A DNA stretch of 64,000 bases. It comes from Eledone cirrhosa. Its lineage: Eukaryota. The notes under the pieces were generated by a model. The model made no database searches and was not told the origin of the DNA. It was given only the letters and a program-made list of their open reading frames with translations. Below are positions 13,701 through 27,700 of this stretch, one piece after another (the stretch's first letter is position 1; every line of letters begins with the position of its first letter). The position numbers and the translations under genes were made by a program. The stretch spans positions 104,036,001 to 104,100,000 of the forward strand of contig OZ024744.1 in assembly GCA_964016885.1 (NCBI GenBank). The letters are read 5' to 3'.

Positions 13701-16700
13701 CACCTATACTAGTGTCATGTCCAGCTATACTAGTGTCATGTCCAGCTATACTAGTGTCATGTCCAGCTATACTAGTGTCATGTCCAGCTATAACTAGTAT
13801 CATATCCACCTATACTAGTGTCATGTCCAGCTATAGTAGTGTCATGTCCAGCTATAACTAGTGTCATGTCCAGCTGTACTAGTGTCATGTCCAGCTGTAC
13901 TAGTGCCATGTCCACCTATACTAGTGTCATGTCCACCTATACCAGTGTCATGTCCAGCTATACTAGTGTCATGTCCAGCTATACTAGTGTCATGTCCACC
14001 TATACTAGTGTCATGTCCACCTATACTAGTGTCATGTCCACCTATACTAGTGTCATGTCCACCTATACTAGTGTCATGTCCAGCTATACTAGTGTCATGT
14101 CCACCTATACTAGTGTCATGTCCAGCTATACTAGTGTCATGTCCACCTATACTAGTGTCATGTCCAGCTATAGTAGTGTCATGTCCAGCTATACTAGTGT
14201 CATGTCCACCTATACTAGTGTCATGTCCAGCTATACTAGTGTCATGTCCACCTATACTAGTGTCATGTCCACCTATAGTAGTGTCATGTCCAGCTATACT
14301 AGTGTCATGTCCAGCTATACTAGTGTCATGTCCAGCTACACCAGTGTCATGTCCACCTATACTAGTGTCATGTCCAGCTATACTAGTGTCATGTCCACCT
14401 ATACTAGTGTCATGTCCACCTATACTAGTGTCATGTCCACCTATACTAGTGTCATGTCCAGCTATAGTAGTGTCATGTCCAGCTATACTAGTGTCATGTC
14501 CACCTATACTAGTGTCATGTCCAGCTATACTAGTGTCATGTCCACCTATACTAGTGTCATGTCCACCTATAGTAGTGTCATGTCCAGCTATACTAGTGTC
14601 ATGTCCAGCTATACTAGTGTCATGTCCAGCTTCACCAGTGTCATGTCCACCTATACTAGTGTCATGTCCAGCTATACTAGTGTCATGTCCACCTATACTA
14701 GTGTCATGTCCACCTATAGTAGTGTCATGTCCAGCTATACTAGTGTCATGTCCAGCTATACTAGTGTCATGTCCACCTATACTAGTGTCATGTCCACCTA
14801 TACTAGTGTCATGTCCAGCTATACTAGTGTCATGTCCAGCTATAGTAGTGTCATGTCCACCTATAGTAGTGTCATGTCCAGCTATACTAGTGTCATGTCC
14901 ACCTATACTAGTGTCATGTCCAGCTATACCAGTGTCACGTCCACCTATACTAGTGTCATGTCCACCTATACCAGTGTCATGTCCAGCTATACTAGTGTCA
15001 TGTCCACCTATACTAGTGTCATGTCCAGCTATACTAGTGTCATGTCCACCTATACTAGTGTCATGTCCACCTATACTAGTGTCATGTCCAGCTATACTAG
15101 TGTCATGTCCAGCTGTACTAGTGTCATGTCCAGCTATACTACTGTCATGTCCACCTATACTACTGTCATGTCCAGCTGTACTAGTGTCATGTCCACCTAT
15201 ACTAGTGTCATATCCAGCTATAACTAGTGTCATGTCCAGCTATACTAGTGTCATGTCCAGCTATACTATTGTCATGTCCACCTATACTAGAGCCATGTCC
15301 ACCTATACTAGTGTCATGTCCAGCTATACTAGTGTCATGTCCAGCTATACTAGTGTCATGTCCAGCTATACTAGTGTCATGTCCACCTATACTAGTGACA
15401 TGTCCAGCTATACTAGTGTCATGTCCAGCTATACTAGTGTCATGTCCACCTATAGTAGTGTCATGTCCAGCTATACTAGTGTCATCTCTACCTATACTAG
15501 TGTCATGTCCAGCTATGCTAGTGTCATCTCTACCTATACTAGTGTCATGTCCAGCTATACTAGTGTCATGTCCACCTATACTACTGTCATGTCCACCTAT
15601 ACTATTGTCATGTCCAGCTATACTAGTGTCATGTCCACCTATACTAGTGTCATGTCCAGCTATACTAGTGTCATGTCCACCTATACTATTATCATGTCCA
15701 CCTATACTATTGTCATGTCCAGCTATACTATTGTCATGTCCAGCTATAGTAGTGTCATGTCCACCTACACTAGTGTCATGTCCACCTATACTAGTGTCAT
15801 GTCCAGCTATACTAGTGTCATGTCCAGCTATACTACTGTCATGTCCAGCTATAACTAGTGTCATGTCCACCTATGCTAGTGTCATGTCCACCTATACTAT
15901 TGTCATGTCCAGCTATACTAGTGTCATGTCCAGCTATACTAGTGTCATGTCCAGCTATACTACTGTCATGTCCACCTATACTAGTGTCATGTCCAGCTAT
16001 ACTAGTGTCATGTCCAGCTATAACTAGTGTCATGTCCACCTATACTATTGTCATGTCCACCTATACTATTGTCATGTCCAGCTATAGTAGTGTCATGTCC
16101 ACCTATACTAGTGTCATGTCCACCTATACTAGTGTCATGTCCAGCTATACTAGTGTCATGTCCAGCTATACTAGTGTCATGTCCAGCTATACTAGTGTCA
16201 TGTCCACCTATACTAGTGTCATGTCCACCTATACTAGTGTCATGTCCAGCTATACTACTGTCATGTCCACCTATACTAGTGTCATGTCCAGCTATACTAG
16301 TGTCATGTCCAGCTATACTACTGTCATGTCCAGCTATACTAGTGTCATGTCCACCTATACTATTGTCATGTCCACCTATACTATTGTCATGTCCAGCTAT
16401 ACTAGTGTCATGTCCAGCTATACTAGTGTCATGTCCAGCTATAACTAGTGTCATGTCCACCTATACTAGTGTCATGTCCAGCTATACTAGTGTCATGTCC
16501 ACCTATACTAGTGTCATGTCCACCTATACTAGTGTCATGTCCAGCTATACTACTGTCATGTCCACCTATACTAGTGTCATGTCCAGCTATACTAGTGTCA
16601 TGTCCAGCTATACTACTGTCATGTCCAGCTATACTAGTGTCATGTCCACCTATACTATTGTCATGTCCACCTATACTATTGTCATGTCCAGCTATACTAG

Positions 16701-19700
16701 TGTCATGTCCAGCTATACTAGTGTCATGTCCAGCTATAACTAGTGTCATGTCCACCTATACTAGTGTCATGTCCAGCTATACTAGTGTCATGTCCACCTA
16801 TACTAGTGTCATGTCTAGCTATACTTCTGTCATGTCCACCTATACTAGTGTCATGTCCACTTATACTAGTGTCATGTCCACCTATACTAGTGTCATGTCC
16901 AGCTATACTAGTGTCATGTCCACCTATACTAGTGTCATGTCCAGCTATACTAGTTTCATGTCCAGCTATAGTAGTGTCATGTCCAACTATAGTAGTGTCA
17001 TGTCCAGCTATACTAGTGTCATGTCCAGCTATACTAGTGTCATGTCCACCTATAGTAGTGTCATGTCCAGCTATACTATTGTCATGTCCACCTATACTAT
17101 TGTCATGTCCAGCTATACTATTGTCATGTCCAGCTATACTAGTGTCATGTCCACCTATACTACTGTCATGTCCACCTATACTATTGTCATGTCCAGCTAT
17201 ACTAGTGTCATGTCCACCTATACTAGTGTCATGTCCAGCTATACTAGTGTCATGTCCACCTATACTATTGTCATGTCCACCTATACTATTGTCATGTCCA
17301 GCTATACTATTGTCATGTCTAGCTATACTAGTGTCATGTCCAGCTATACTAGTGTCATGTCCAGCTATACTAGTGTCATGTCCACCTATACTATTGTCAT
17401 GTCTAGCTATACTAGTGTCATGTCCACCTATACTACTGTCATGTCCACCTATACTAGTGTCATGTCCAGCTATACTAGTGTCATGTCCACCAATACTAGT
17501 GTCATGTCCAGCTATACTAGTGTCATGTCCACCTATACTATTGTCATGTCCACCTATAGTAGTGTCATGTCCAGCTATACTAGTGTCATGTCCAGCTATA
17601 CTAGTGTCATGTCCACCTATACTACTGTCATGTCCACCTATACTAGTGTCATGTCCAGCTATACTAGTGTCATGTCCAGCTATACTACTGTCATGTCCAG
17701 CTATAACTAGTGTCATGTCCACCTATACTAGTGTCATGTCCACCTATACTATTGTCATGTCCAGCTATACTAGTGTCATGTCCAGCTATACTAGTGTCAT
17801 GTCCAGCTATACTACTGTCATGTCCACCTATACTAGTGTCATGTCCAGCTATACTAGTGTCATGTCCAGCTATAACTAGTGTCATGTCCACCTATACTAT
17901 TGTCATGTCCACCTATACTATTGTCATGTCCAGCTATAGTAGTGTCATGTCCACCTATACTAGTGTCATGTCCACCTATACTAGTGTCATGTCCAGCTAT
18001 ACTAGTGTCATGTCCACCTATACTAGTGTCATGTCCAGCTATACTAGTGTCATGTCCAGCTATACTAGTGTCATGTCCACCTATACTAGTGTCATGTCCA
18101 GCTATACTAGTGTCATGTCCACCTATACTAGTGTCATGTCCACCTATAGTAGTGTCATGTCCAGCTATACTAGTGTCATGTCCACCTATACTAGTGTCAT
18201 GTCCAGCTATACTAGTTTCATGTCCAGCTATAGTAGTGTCATGTCCAACTATAGTAGTGTCATGTCCAGCTATACTAGTGTCATGTCCAGCTATACTAGT
18301 GTCATGTCCACCTATAGTAGTGTCATGTCCAGCTATACTAGTGTCATGTCCACCTATAGTAGTGTCATGTCCAGCTATACTAGTGTCATGTCCAGCTATA
18401 CTAGTGTCATGTCCAGCTATAGTAGTGTCATGTCCAGCTATACTAGTGTCATGTCCAGCTGTACTAGTGTCATGTCCAGCTATAGTAGTGTCATGTCCAC
18501 CTATACTAGTGTCATGTCCACCTATAGTAGTGTCATGTCCAGCTATAACTAGTCTCATGTCCACCTATACTAGTGTCATGTCCAGCTATACCAGTGTCAT
18601 GTCCACCTATACTAGTGTCACGTCCAGCTATACTAGTGTCATGTCCAGCTGTACTAGTGTCATGTCCAGCTGTACTAGTGTCATGTCCAGCTATAGTAGT
18701 GTCATGTCCACCTATACTAGTGTCATGTCCACCTATAGTAGTGTCATGTCCAGCTATAACTAGTCTCATGTCCACCTATACTAGTGTCATGTCCAGCTAT
18801 ACCAGTGTCATGTCCACCTATACTAGTGTCACGTCCAGCTATACTAGCGTCATGTCCACCTATACTAGTGTCATGTCCAGCTATACTAGTGTCATGTCCA
18901 GCTATAGTAGTGTCATGTCCACCTATACTAGTGTCATGTCCACCTATAGTAGTGTCATGTCCAGCTATACAGTGTCATGTCCAGCTATACTAGTGTCATG
19001 TCCAGCTATACTAGTGTCATGTCCAGCTATACTAGTGTCATGTCCAGCTGTACTAGTGTCATGTCCAGCTATAGTAGTGTCATGTCCACCTATATTAGAG
19101 CCATGTCCAGCTATACTAGTGTCATGTCCAGCTATACTAGTGTCATGTCCACCTATACTAGAGCCATGTCCACCTATACTAGTGTCATGTCCAGCTATAC
19201 TAGTGTCATGTCCACCTATACTAGTGTCATGTCCACCTATACTAGTGTCATGTCCAGCTACACTAGTGTCATGTCCACCTATACTAGTGTCATGTCCACC
19301 TATACTAGTGTCATGTCCAGCTATACTAGTGTCATGTCCAGCTATAGTAGTGTCATGTCCACCTATAGTAGTGTCATGTCCAGCTATACTAGTGTCATGT
19401 CCACCTATACTAGTGTCATGTCCAGCTATACCAGTGTCATGTCCACCTATACTAGTGTCATGTCCACCTATACCAGTGTCATGTCCAGCTATACTAGTGT
19501 CATGTCCACCTATACTAGTGTCATGTCCAGCTATACTAGTGTCATGTCCACCTATACTAGTGTCATGTCCACCTATACTAGTGTCATGTCCAGCTATACT
19601 AGTGTCATGTCCAGCTGTACTAGTGTCATGTCCAGCTATACTACTGTCATGTCCACCTATACTAGTGTCATGTCCAGCTATACTAGTGTCATGTCCAGCT

Positions 19701-21715
19701 ATACTACTGTCATGTCCACCTATACTAGTGTCATGTCCAGCTATACTAGTGTCATGTCCAGCTATAGTAGTGTCATGTCCAGCTGTACTAGTGTCATGTC
19801 CACCTATACTAGTGTCATGTCCAGCTATAACTAGTGTCATGTCCAGCTATACTACTGTCATGTCCACCTATACTAGTGTCATGTCCAGCTATACTAGTGT
19901 CATGTCCAGCTATAGTAGTGTCATGTCCAGCTGTACTAGTGTCATGTCCACCTATACTAGTGTCATGTCCAGCTATACTAGTGTCATGTCCAGCTATACT
20001 AGTGTCATGTCCACCTATACTAGAGCCATGTCCACCTATACTAGTGTCATGTCCAGCTATACTAGTGTCATGTCCAGCTATACTAGTGTCATGTCCAGCT
20101 ATACTAGTGTCATGTCCACCTATACTATTGTCATGTCCAGCTATACTATTGTCATGTCCAGCTATACTAGTGTCATGTCCAGCTATACTAGTGTCATGTC
20201 CACCTATACTAGTGTCATGTCCAGCTATACTAGTGTCATGTCCAGCTATACTAGTGTCATGTCCAGCTATACTAGTGTCATGTCCAGCTATACTAGTGTC
20301 ATGTCCACCTATACTAGTGTCATGTCCACCTATACTAGTGTCATATCCACCTATACTAGTGTCATGTCCACCTATAGTAGTGTCATGTCCACCTATACTA
20401 GTGTCATGTCAACCTATACCTGTGTCATGTCCAGCTATACTAGTGTCATGTCCACCTATAGTAGTGTCATGTCCACCTATAGTAGTGTCATGTCCAGCTA
20501 TACTAGTGTCATGTCCAGCTATACTAGTGTCATGTCCAGCTGTACTAGTGTCATGTCCACCTATACTAGTGTCATGTCCAGCTATAGTAGTGTCATGTCC
20601 AGCTGTACTAGTGTCATGTCCAGCTATACTACTGTCATGTCCACCTATACTAGTGTCATGTCCAGCTATACTAGTGTCATGTCCAGCTATACTAGTGTCA
20701 TGTCCAGCTATACTAGTGTCATGTCCAGCTATAACTAGTATCATATCCACCTATACTAGTGTCATGTCCAGCTATAGTAGTGTCATGTCCAGCTATAACT
20801 AGTGTCATGTCCAGCTGTACTAGTGTCATGTCCAGCTGTACTAGTGCCATGTCCACCTATACTAGTGTCATGTCCACCTATACCAGTGTCATGTCCAGCT
20901 ATACTAGTGTCATGTCCAGCTATACTAGTGTCATGTCCACCTATACTAGTGTCATGTCCACCTATACTAGTGTCATGTCCACCTATACTAGTGTCATGTC
21001 CACCTATACTAGTGTCATGTCCAGCTATACTAGTGTCATGTCCACCTATACTAGTGTCATGTCCAGCTATACTAGTGTCATGTCCACCTATACTAGTGTC
21101 ATGTCCAGCTATAGTAGTGTCATGTCCAGCTATACTAGTGTCATGTCCACCTATACTAGTGTCATGTCCAGCTATACTAGTGTCATGTCCACCTATACTA
21201 GTGTCATGTCCACCTATAGTAGTGTCATGTCCAGCTATACTAGTGTCATGTCCAGCTATACTAGTGTCATGTCCAGCTACACCAGTGTCATGTCCACCTA
21301 TACTAGTGTCATGTCCAGCTATACTAGTGTCATGTCCACCTATACTAGTGTCATGTCCACCTATACTAGTGTCATGTCCACCTATACTAGTGTCATGTCC
21401 AGCTATAGTAGTGTCATGTCCAGCTATACTAGTGTCATGTCCACCTATACTAGTGTCATGTCCAGCTATACTAGTGTCATGTCCACCTATACTAGTGTCA
21501 TGTCCACCTATAGTAGTGTCATGTCCAGCTATACTAGTGTCATGTCCAGCTATACTAGTGTCATGTCCAGCTTCACCAGTGTCATGTCCACCTATACTAG
21601 TGTCATGTCCAGCTATACTAGTGTCATGTCCACCTATACTAGTGTCATGTCCACCTATAGTAGTGTCATGTCCAGCTATACTAGTGTCATGTCCAGCTAT
21701 ACTAGTGTCATGTCC
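7800..21715. repeat. Higher-order tandem duplication, period 6941 bp
   Basis: ORF and marker offsets of +6941 (8267/15208, 9783/16724, 11632/18573, 13818/20759). Copies differ at a few sites, e.g. 9919 A vs 16860 C. Ends are approximate. Confidence 0.9.
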
Positions 21716-24700
21716 AGCTATACTACTGTCATGTCCACCTATGCTAGTGTCATGTCCAGCTATACTAGTGTCATGTCCACCTATACTATTGTCATGTCCA
21801 CCTATACTATTGTCATGTCCAGCTATACTATTGTCATGTCCAGCTATACTAGTGTCATGTCCACCTATACTACTGTCATGTCCAGCTATACTATTGTCAT
21901 GTCCAGCTATACTAGTGTCATGTCCACCTATACTAGTGTCGTGTCCAGCTATACTAGTGTCATGTCCACCTATACTATTGTCATGTCCACCTATACTATT
22001 GTCATGTCCAGCTATACTATTGTCATGTCCAGCTATACTAGTGTCATGTCCACCTATACTACTGTCATGTCCACCTATACTATTGTCATGTCCAGCTATA
22101 CTAGTGTCATGTCCACCTATACTAGTGTCATGTCCAGCTACACTAGTGTCATGTCCACCTATACTATTTTCATGTCCACCTATACTATTGTCATGTCCAG
22201 CTATACTATTGTCATGTCCAGCTATACTAGTGTCATGTCCACCTATACTACTGTCATGTTCACCTATACTATTGTCATGTCCAGCTATACTAGTGTCATG
22301 TCCACCAATACTAGTGTCATGTCCAGCTATACTAGTGTCATGTCCACCTATACTATTGTCATGTCCAGCTATAACTAGTGTCATGTCCACCTATACTAGT
22401 GTCATGTCCACCTATACTAGTGTCATGTCCAGCTATACTAGTGTCATGTCCAGCTATACTAGTGTCATGTCCAGCTATAACTAGTGTCATGTCCACCTAT
22501 ACTAGTGTCATGTCCACCTATACTATTGTCATGTCCAGCTATACTAGTGTCATGTCCAGCTATACTAGTGTCATGTCCAGCTATACTACTGTCATGTCCA
22601 CCTATACTAGTGTCATGTCCAGCTATACTAGTGTCATGTCCAGCTATAACTAGTGTCATGTCCACCTATACTATTGTCATGTCCACCTATACTATTGTCA
22701 TGTCCAGCTATAGTAGTGTCATGTCCACCTATACTAGTGTCATGTCCACCTATACTAGTGTCATGTCCAGCTATACTAGTGTCATGTCCACCTATACTAG
22801 TGTCATGTCCAGCTATACTAGTGTCATGTCCACCTATACTAGCGTCATGTCCAGCTAAACTAGTGTCATGTCCAGCTATACTAGCGTCATATCCAGCTAT
22901 ACTAGTGTCATGTCCACCTATACTAGTGTCAGGTTCAGCTATACTAGTGTCATGTCCAGCTATACTAGTGTCATGTCCACCTATACTAGTGTCATGTCCA
23001 GCTAAACTAGTGTCATGTCCAGCTATACTAGTGTCATGTCCACCTATACTAGTGTCATGTCCAGCTATACTAGTGTCATGTCCAGCTATACTAGTGTCAT
23101 GTCCAGCTATACTAGTGTCATGTCCACCTATACTAGTGTCATGTCCACCTATACTAGTGTCATGTCCACCTATACTAGTGTCATGTCCACCTATAGTAGT
23201 GTCATGTCCAGCTATACTAGTGTCATGTCCACCTATACTAGTGTCATGTCCAGCTATACTAGTGTCATGTCCAGCTATAGTAGTGTCATGTCCAACTATA
23301 GTAGTGTCATGTTCAGCTATACTAGTGTCATGTCCAGCTATACTAGTGTCATGTCCACCTATAGTAGTGTCATGTCCAGCTATACTAGTGTCATGTCCAC
23401 CTATAGTAGTGTCATGTCCAGCTATACTAGTGTCATGTCCAGCTGTACTAGTGTCATGTCCAGCTATACTAGTGTCATGTCCAGCTATAGTAGTGTCATG
23501 TCCAGCTATACTAGTGTCATGTCCAGCTGTACTAGTGTCATGTCCAGCTATAGTAGTGTCATGTCCACCTATACTAGTGTCATGTCCACCTATAGTAGTG
23601 TCATGTCCAGCTATAACTAGTGTCATGTCCACCTATACTAGTGTCATGTCCAGCTATACCAGTGTCATGTCCACCTATACTAGTGTCATGTCCACCTATA
23701 CTAGTGTCATGTCCAGCTGTACTAGTGTCATGTCCAGCTATACTAGTGTCATGTCCACCTATACTAGTGTCATGTCCAGCTATACTAGTGTCATGTCCAG
23801 CTGTACTAGTGTCATGTCCAGCTATAGTAGTGTCATGTCCACCTATACTAGAGCCATGTCCAGCTATACTAGTGTCATGTCCAGCTATACTAGTGTCATG
23901 TCCAGCTATACTAGTGTCATGTCCAGCTATACTACTGTCATGTCCACCTATACTAGTGTCATGTCCAGCTATACTAGTGTCATGTCCAGCTATAACTAGT
24001 GTCATGTCCACCTATACTATTGTCATGTCCACCTATACTATTGTCATGTCCAGCTATAGTAGTGTCATGTCCACCTATACTAGTGTCATGTCCACCTATA
24101 CTAGTGTCATGTCCAGCTATACTAGTGTCATGTCCACCTATACTAGTGTCATGTCCAGCTATACTAGTGTCATGTCCAGCTATACTAGTGTCATGTCCAC
24201 CTATACTAGTGTCATGTCCAGCTATACTAGTGTCATGTCCACCTATACTAGTGTCATGTCCACCTATAGTAGTGTCATGTCCAGCTATACTAGTGTCATG
24301 TCCACCTATACTAGTGTCATGTCCAGCTATACTAGTTTCATGTCCAGCTATAGTAGTGTCATGTCCAACTATAGTAGTGTCATGTCCAGCTATACTAGTG
24401 TCATGTCCAGCTATACTAGTGTCATGTCCACCTATAGTAGTGTCATGTCCAGCTATACTAGTGTCATGTCCACCTATAGTAGTGTCATGTCCAGCTATAC
24501 TAGTGTCATGTCCAGCTATACTAGTGTCATGTCCAGCTATAGTAGTGTCATGTCCAGCTATACTAGTGTCATGTCCAGCTGTACTAGTGTCATGTCCAGC
24601 TATAGTAGTGTCATGTCCACCTATACTAGTGTCATGTCCACCTATAGTAGTGTCATGTCCAGCTATAACTAGTCTCATGTCCACCTATACTAGTGTCATG

Positions 24701-27700
24701 TCCAGCTATACCAGTGTCATGTCCACCTATACTAGTGTCACGTCCAGCTATACTAGTGTCATGTCCAGCTGTACTAGTGTCATGTCCAGCTGTACTAGTG
24801 TCATGTCCAGCTATAGTAGTGTCATGTCCACCTATACTAGTGTCATGTCCACCTATAGTAGTGTCATGTCCAGCTATAACTAGTCTCATGTCCACCTATA
24901 CTAGTGTCATGTCCAGCTATACCAGTGTCATGTCCACCTATACTAGTGTCACGTCCAGCTATACTAGCGTCATGTCCACCTATACTAGTGTCATGTCCAG
25001 TTATACTAGTGTCATGTCCAGCTATAGTAGTGTCATGTCCACCTATACTAGTGTCATGTCCACCTATAGTAGTGTCATGTCCAGCTATACAGTGTCATGT
25101 CCAGCTATACTAGTGTCATGTCCAGCTATACTAGTGTCATGTCCAGCTATACTAGTGTCATGTCCAGCTGTACTAGTGTCATGTCCAGCTATAGTAGTGT
25201 CATGTCCACCTATATTAGAGCCATGTCCAGCTATACTAGTGTCATGTCCAGCTATACTAGTGTCATGTCCACCTATACTAGAGCCATGTCCACCTATACT
25301 AGTGTCATGTCCAGCTATACTAGTGTCATGTCCACCTATACTAGTGTCATGTCCACCTATACTAGTGTCATGTCCAGCTATACTAGTGTCATGTCCACCT
25401 ATACTAGTGTCATGTCCACCTATACTAGTGTCATGTCCAGCTATACTAGTGTCATGTCCAGCTATAGTAGTGTCATGTCCACCTATAGTAGTGTCATGTC
25501 CAGCTATACTAGTGTCATGTCCACCTATACTAGTGTCATGTCCAGCTATACCAGTGTCATGTCCACCTATACTAGTGTCATGTCCACCTATACCAGTGTC
25601 ATGTCCAGCTATACTAGTGTCATGTCCACCTATACTAGTGTCATGTCCAGCTATACTAGTGTCATGTCCACCTATACTAGTGTCATGTCCACCTATACTA
25701 GTGTCATGTCCAGCTATACTAGTGTCATGTCCAGCTGTACTAGTGTCATGTCCAGCTATACTACTGTCATGTCCACCTATACTAGTGTCATGTCCAGCTA
25801 TACTAGTGTCATGTCCAGCTATACTACTGTCATGTCCACCTATACTAGTGTCATGTCCAGCTATACTAGTGTCATGTCCAGCTATAGTAGTGTCATGTCC
25901 AGCTGTACTAGTGTCATGTCCACCTATACTAGTGTCATGTCCAGCTATAACTAGTGTCATGTCCAGCTATACTACTGTCATGTCCACCTATACTAGTGTC
26001 ATGTCCAGCTATACTAGTGTCATGTCCAGCTATAGTAGTGTCATGTCCAGCTGTACTAGTGTCATGTCCACCTATACTAGTGTCATGTCCAGCTATACTA
26101 GTGTCATGTCCAGCTATACTAGTGTCATGTCCACCTATACTAGAGCCATGTCCACCTATACTAGTGTCATGTCCAGCTATACTAGTGTCATGTCCAGCTA
26201 TACTAGTGTCATGTCCAGCTATACTAGTGTCATGTCCACCTATACTATTGTCATGTCCAGCTATACTATTGTCATGTCCAGCTATACTAGTGTCATGTCC
26301 AGCTATACTAGTGTCATGTCCACCTATACTAGTGTCATGTCCAGCTATACTAGTGTCATGTCCAGCTATACTAGTGTCATGTCCAGCTATACTAGTGTCA
26401 TGTCCAGCTATACTAGTGTCATGTCCACCTATACTAGTGTCATGTCCACCTATACTAGTGTCATATCCACCTATACTAGTGTCATGTCCACCTATAGTAG
26501 TGTCATGTCCACCTATACTAGTGTCATGTCAACCTATACCTGTGTCATGTCCAGCTATACTAGTGTCATGTCCACCTATAGTAGTGTCATGTCCACCTAT
26601 AGTAGTGTCATGTCCAGCTATACTAGTGTCATGTCCAGCTGTACTAGTGTCATGTCTACCTATACTAGTTTCATGTCCACCTATACTAGTGTCATGTCCA
26701 GCTATAGTAGTGTCATGTCCAGCTGTACTAGTGTCATGTCCAGCTATACTACTGTCATGTCCACCTATACTAGTGTCATGTCCAGCTATACTAGTGTCAT
26801 GTCCAGCTATACTAGTGTCATGTCCAGCTATACTAGTGTCATGTCCAGCTATAACTAGTATCATATCCACCTATACTAGTGTCATGTCCAGCTATAGTAG
26901 TGTCATGTCCAGCTATAACTAGTGTCATGTCCAGCTGTACTAGTGTCATGTCCAGCTGTACTAGTGCCATGTCCACCTATACTAGTGTCATGTCCACCTA
27001 TACCAGTGTCATGTCCAGCTATACTAGTGTCATGTCCAGCTATACTAGTGTCATGTCCACCTATACTAGTGTCATGTCCACCTATACTAGTGTCATGTCC
27101 ACCTATACTAGTGTCATGTCCACCTATACTAGTGTCATGTCCAGCTATACTAGTGTCATGTCCACCTATACTAGTGTCATGTCCAGCTATACTAGTGTCA
27201 TGTCCACCTATACTAGTGTCATGTCCAGCTATAGTAGTGTCATGTCCAGCTATACTAGTGTCATGTCCACCTATACTAGTGTCATGTCCAGCTATACTAG
27301 TGTCATGTCCACCTATACTAGTGTCATGTCCACCTATAGTAGTGTCATGTCCAGCTATACTAGTGTCATGTCCAGCTATACTAGTGTCATGTCCAGCTAC
27401 ACCAGTGTCATGTCCACCTATACTAGTGTCATGTCCAGCTATACTAGTGTCATGTCCACCTATACTAGTGTCATGTCCACCTATACTAGTGTCATGTCCA
27501 CCTATACTAGTGTCATGTCCAGCTATAGTAGTGTCATGTCCAGCTATACTAGTGTCATGTCCACCTATACTAGTGTCATGTCCAGCTATACTAGTGTCAT
27601 GTCCACCTATACTAGTGTCATGTCCACCTATAGTAGTGTCATGTCCAGCTATACTAGTGTCATGTCCAGCTATACTAGTGTCATGTCCAGCTTCACCAGT